Below, one piece after another: positions 59,438-64,000 of a stretch of 64,000 nucleotides of DNA. Below the pieces are notes generated by a model that was given only the letters and a program-made list of their open reading frames with translations, searched no databases and was not told the DNA's origin. The translations under genes and the position numbers were made by a program. Origin of the DNA: Carpediemonas membranifera BICM (taxonomy: Eukaryota; Protista; Fornicata); NCBI GenBank assembly GCA_019828565.1, contig JAHDYR010000012.1, positions 1,421,780-1,485,779 on the forward strand. Direction: 5' to 3'. Every line of letters starts with the position of its first letter. The first letter of the stretch is position 1.

Positions 59438-61219
59438 CCTGGCTGCGGACTGCTCATTGCACCCGGTAGTGCGATCAACACTGGTCCCCGTGGACATGCG
59501 AAGCAGCTTATGGTTGAGATCTTGGTTCCTGAGCACGGTAGCTTGATCACGCCCGCGCAATGAGTAGCGCTTGAACTGATTGCACATCGCAGCGACTTGC
59601 TCCAGCAGGTTGTGCGAATCGTGCATGATGGGAGGACAGAGGACAATGCGATCCAGAGGAATCACTCGGTCAGACTCTTCAGTCTTCGCGAAGATGACAG
59701 GGTGGTCAGTGCCAAGGTGAAAGTCGCCATAAAGTGCAAACGGATCAGAGGTGCGGTGTCTATCAGCAACAAGTTCCGAGAAGGCCTTCTTGAAGCGTAC
59801 CACGTCGGCTAGGGTGACCCTGTTGGTGTTTGCAATTGGGCGAAGAGCCTTGTCGGTCACCCGAACGGAGCTGAAAGGCGAAGGGTAGTGTGCTTGCCCT
59901 GTCTTGACCGAGATCATCTTGGCCATAGCAGGATGATCACCAAGGAGGATCACCTGGTCAAATGATGTGACTTGGCCGGTGTTCCGGATCGGTACTCTTG
60001 CCATATAGAGAGCCTCGATGGCCTTCTCAATCTTGCCCAGAGTGTCTGGCTCAAAGAGATCTTTCTCCTGTTTCATAAACTCCATAACACGAAATGGGGG
60101 AGTGATCCGGTTGGGTAATGTGAAGCCGCTGGGGTCGTAGAGACGAATCTTAACGGCAGTCGTACCCTTCCATCCGTCTAACCAGAAGATAATCTTCAAT
60201 GGCTGCCAGTCGGCGCTGGGTTGAGTAAGCCTTCGCATGCAGGATTCGTACCCGGGCTTGTCAGTCTCGAGCCATTCCGGGTGGGTTACAGCCTGAGTCA
60301 CAAACCTTACAGTGCTAAACCAGACCTCGACCATCGCGTCCCAGGTGCTACTGTGCATACGCTTAACCAACGATGTATGAGGGATCTGTTCCAGTGTAGT
60401 CCGATGCTCTGCTGCTTCCTGTTCGGAGGCATAGTGGATGATAAGCAGCGGCTTGTCGTATGTGTGTGTGATGATGAGGTCTGATGAGAGAGCAGTCGCC
60501 ATCTGTCCGTCTTCGTTCAGCCTGATCGTGTTAGTGCACTCTAGAGGAGTCAGCTCTCCTTCTCGGGTCATGCGACCTGTGGTGTTGCTGATGCGTGTCT
60601 CAATCGGTACGAGATGAGTCAGGAAACGCGTTTCAGCGGGCGTAAGAGCTTGATGAAGACCGGAGACATGAAGTATGTTGCACCTTAGCTCCTTGAGTAT
60701 GACCCCGGCGGGTTTGTGTCGCGGTATAGGCAGGTTCATCCTTCTTGAGAGTCGATTGACAAACTTGTAGGAGTCCTGGGTGTTGTTGAAGCCAGCACGG
60801 ATGTAGTCGAGGATCGACGTCAGCTCCAAGATGTTCATCAGGTTGTCAGAGCGACTCTGGAGGTCACTCAGCTCCGTTGATATGTCTGAAACTTGAGCAT
60901 CGCGGCGAGTCACGTCCGTAGAAAACACGATAAAGCCCATACGGGCTTGGTAATGGGCATGTGCGGCATTGCGTAGGTTTCGTCTATCGCTAGGGTCGAC
61001 ATAAAATCGATTGTCGGCTGCCTGAAGACCATCTTGACGCATTGCATGTGCTAGGTTGCTGAATTGTCGACGCTGCGCTGCCAGATTACTGCCTTGATTG
61101 CCAGACGGCACAATGGCATAGTATGTGCACGCGAGAAGAGTGTTCAGCCGTTCTGGTGAGTACGGTGGGGACGTGTCGTTGTAAACAGTGCCTATCGCTG
61201 ATTGATAGACAATGTACAT
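59438..61219 (-). pseudogene. N-terminal part of cassette-2 DDE transposase
   Basis: FWLDGWKG, ILLGDHPAMAKM..GQAHYP, CPPIMHDSH; cut by element E. Confidence 0.75.
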
Positions 61220-61742
61220 GCCCTGCCGAATTCTGAGAATTTTCACAGTCGTTTCACGAGTCCCGTGAAATTTCACATTTCACAAATTTTCACGAAACGA
61301 GATCAGTGCGATTGCGACAGCTGGGAGCTGAAAAGCGGAAGATATGCCTGTTACAAGGATCTATAACACCTCCTGAAGTTAGACTGCTGATAGCTAGTCT
61401 CGTTGTCGAGTTCTGAGGTTGCACAAAAAAGTTGAATCTGAATTTCACGGTCAATATTGACCTAGATCGCGAAAGTGAAGGTGTAAGAAAAGTCTAACTC
61501 GTCAAAGAGAGCAGCTAGAGGAAAATGGTAAAGGGTTTTGCAATCTGCATCCCCTGAGGAGTTCAGTTTCACACAGAAGAGGATTTGAGAAAGCTCCCCT
61601 TTCACAACGTCTTTGGGCACCTTCGACAGCGTTGATAAAGATGAAGCATACCATTAGCCCTTATAGGCTATGATACACATCTACTGTTGGCGAAATGTTC
61701 TGCAATGTTGTCATCGACGAGATATGGTACCACATTTTTTAT

Positions 61743-61855
61743 ATCTCAAGATTGATGAGGTGCAATCACTAACCGAGCATAGAAGGGTGCTGTATGAAGG
61801 TCATATAGCACCCCAGTATGTTCAGTTAGAGATTGCACCTCGCCAATCCCGAGAT
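61743..61855. repeat. long imperfect palindrome near the right CATACTG end
   Basis: About 55-bp arms with a 3-nt loop. Confidence 0.8.
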
Positions 61856-62179
61856 CGTGTGATTGAATCAATAGAACCCAGCGACGAAGACATCGCTGAG
61901 AGCTGAAACCAAGAGAGGATGTATAAACAGTAGTACTGAGCTTGCTTACGGACCAGCTTGTCATGTCGACCACTTTTCACCAACTACATAAAATGCGTTT
62001 CCCTATTTACTCGCCGATGAGCAAAGTAATGCTCGACAAAGATGTAAGATATGCGTTATTCATCTATAAAGCACCTGCTGTAGTATTTAAATCGGCTTCA
62101 GGGGTTCTAGTTTCGGATATCGCCATTTTCACTTCCTCACGATTTCCTCAGGCATCGAAACCCCGTTTTTAACAGTATG

Positions 62180-62410
62180 TAATCGTACTCCGCGAGGCGA
62201 AGGCGCCAGCGGACGATCTTTGCAGATGTCGAGGTGCGTAGGTAGACCAGATTCCGGTGATCGGTCTCGACACGGAACCGGTGTCCTAGGATGAAGTGCT
62301 CGAACGACGTGATTGTGTGGTAGATGCCGTATAGCTCTTGCTCTATCGTTGACCAGCGCGACTCGGTGTCCGTAAACCGGCGGCTGCAGAACGCCACGAT
62401 CTGCTCCTGA
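62180..62410 (-). pseudogene. gypsy RNase H fragment
   Basis: RWSTIEQELYGI...ETDHRNL...RWRLRLAEYDY. Confidence 0.88.
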
Positions 62411-63217
62411 CATGTTGTCTGGAGGGGGTGTAATACAGCTACTCAAGCAAAGAAAAGTAGCAGTATACTGCCACCTTTTTCTGAGAAGGCCAAAACTTCG
62501 AGCCCTCATATTTTTGTATTGGGCTAGAGCTGTACAGCAAAATTTACTGGGCGGATGTTTGCATCCAAGGGCTACCTAAGGGACGTTAAATCTCGAGATC
62601 TATATTAAATATTTACTCAATATTTACCGCAAACTTTTTTAGGATAGTTCCGACCATGTTAAGCCACGCTATGCGTTTTTATTGCGTGGCTGGGTCTGTA
62701 CCAAATGATATATGCTCCAGAAGTTGCAAAAATCGCAAAAGAAGTTTGTCTGTTCTCGAAATTGCTGATTGCCAACGGCAAACCAGAACCACCACGTTGT
62801 AGTATAGCACGTGTACTACAGCCTGGCATGTCTGGTCTAGCGTTGGCAATCAGCAATTTGGAGAAATGGACGTGTCAAATTTTTGACATTCCGGAAAAGC
62901 CGAACATGGCCAGAACTGAATATAACTCAATAGATCGCTACGGTTTACTGTGAATCACTGTACTCTTCTGAACTTGATGGCGGAATCCCGCATTTGGCCC
63001 TTTCTTGCTCTATATTGAGTAAGTCCTTCGCTCTTGCTAATCTATCCATTCCAGCACGCTCTGCTACCGCCCACAGTCCTGGATGCGCTAATATTGCATC
63101 AATTGCAGCTATAACGGTTCCTATCTCTTCGTAATAGTCTCTATACCTGTAGGATTCCATTTCCAACTTAAAACTGCACTCAGTTTTTTTACACCCCCAC
63201 AAAAGGGGGGCAGTATG

Positions 63218-63977
63218 GTAGAAGACCAGGAGCGGCTTTCAAGAGATACTGTGCGTGATATTGTGCACAATCATCGCAACATGCTATCGTTGGGAAGAGA
63301 GAAGCACGAAATGCGATTGTCGCTCCATCGCGGATGCCATCCTTGCAATCCTCCCAAAAACTATTCTAGAGCGCATGCCGCGCAAGTAGGACTTCATGAG
63401 GTCAGTACCCAAGGCTATCGAGAACCTTGCTGGCCGCAAACTCTCTCCTAACACGAAGGGCATCTACCAAGGAATTCACGCGACAGATACAGGGCGTGCC
63501 GCATTGATAGCCGGACTCAGCCAGCTTGTAACCCTCACTGACGCTGAAATTGATCATTTGCGAAATTCCAAGCTCGACAGCTCCCAAAGAGCCTTCCGGG
63601 TGTGCCAGCCGCGCCGCAATCCTGCCGTCCCCACCCCCCACCCCACTGTTCAGACTGCTGAGCAGCCCACTATGTCCGTTGACTCCACGCGTGCAATGCA
63701 AGCTTCGTCAGTCAACGGTGCCAACGTCGCTGAGATGATTGAGGCCATGAACCACATGACTGAGCAGTTTAGGAACACGAACCCAGGCGCTTCCGACGCG
63801 GAATACTTCATGGGCAGCACTGCCAAGATGTGGAAGAACAGCCTCCGCAAGTGTTGCCCTTACTGCGCAGACTTACGTGGCCTCTTCTTCGTTGACGGTA
63901 GAACAGACGAAACTGTCTTAGAGTGCGACTTCTGCCACAGGTTCGTCCACAGAATCTGTGAGGTGTCGCGGGGCTAG
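63218..63977 (+). pseudogene. further PHD-like cassette paralog, fragmentary
   Basis: CPYC...CDFCHRFVHRIC matches the cassette PHD-like pattern. Confidence 0.55.
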
Positions 63978-64000
63978 TTCCGACACAGAGGATGATAGCT

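Larger units (their letters stand above)
21140..62179. mobile_element. giant or composite CATACTG-type DNA transposon region with two cargo cassettes
   Basis: Begins CATACTGTTA exactly where a gypsy integrase is cut and ends TAACAGTATG exactly where a gypsy RNase H is cut; contains two transposase-like genes; flanking dinucleotides differ (TG vs TA). Confidence 0.6.

Noticed and set aside
21140-62179. A single clean 41-kb insertion
   Set aside because: Ends match for only 10 bp, flanking dinucleotides differ and the flanks are non-adjacent parts of gypsy pol; more likely the ends of two related elements joined by recombination or assembly. No internal ends were found near 35.5 kb

Overview
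Eukaryotic (protist-like) DNA with the standard genetic code and tiny 28-37 nt GT-AG introns, made almost entirely of nested mobile elements. Positions 1-21 kb are a patchwork: one full-length Ty3/gypsy chromovirus, several gypsy fragments, an APE-type LINE and an RLE-type non-LTR fragment. Positions 21,140-62,179 are bounded by inverted 5'-CATACTGTTA ends. They hold two diverged, collinear copies of a gene cassette: small helical ORF, PHD-like Zn finger, caspase/CHAT-like protease, SET methyltransferase, coiled-coil/OTU-like protein, basic protein (H3-tail-like N-terminus in copy 1), GNAT acetyltransferase and a CMC/Transib-like DDE transposase. A Ser/Thr kinase lies between the copies. The second transposase is split by a 15.1-kb element with 75-bp CATACTG TIRs and a 2-bp TSD; this element carries related cargo and a second full-length chromovirus. 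The best candidate for an undescribed system is a family of giant CATACTG cut-and-paste transposons carrying a chromatin-modifying toolkit. A second candidate is a group of gypsy elements with a palindrome instead of a tRNA primer-binding site. All protein family calls come from motifs read by eye; no searches were run. Many frameshifts and abrupt junctions may be assembly artefacts.
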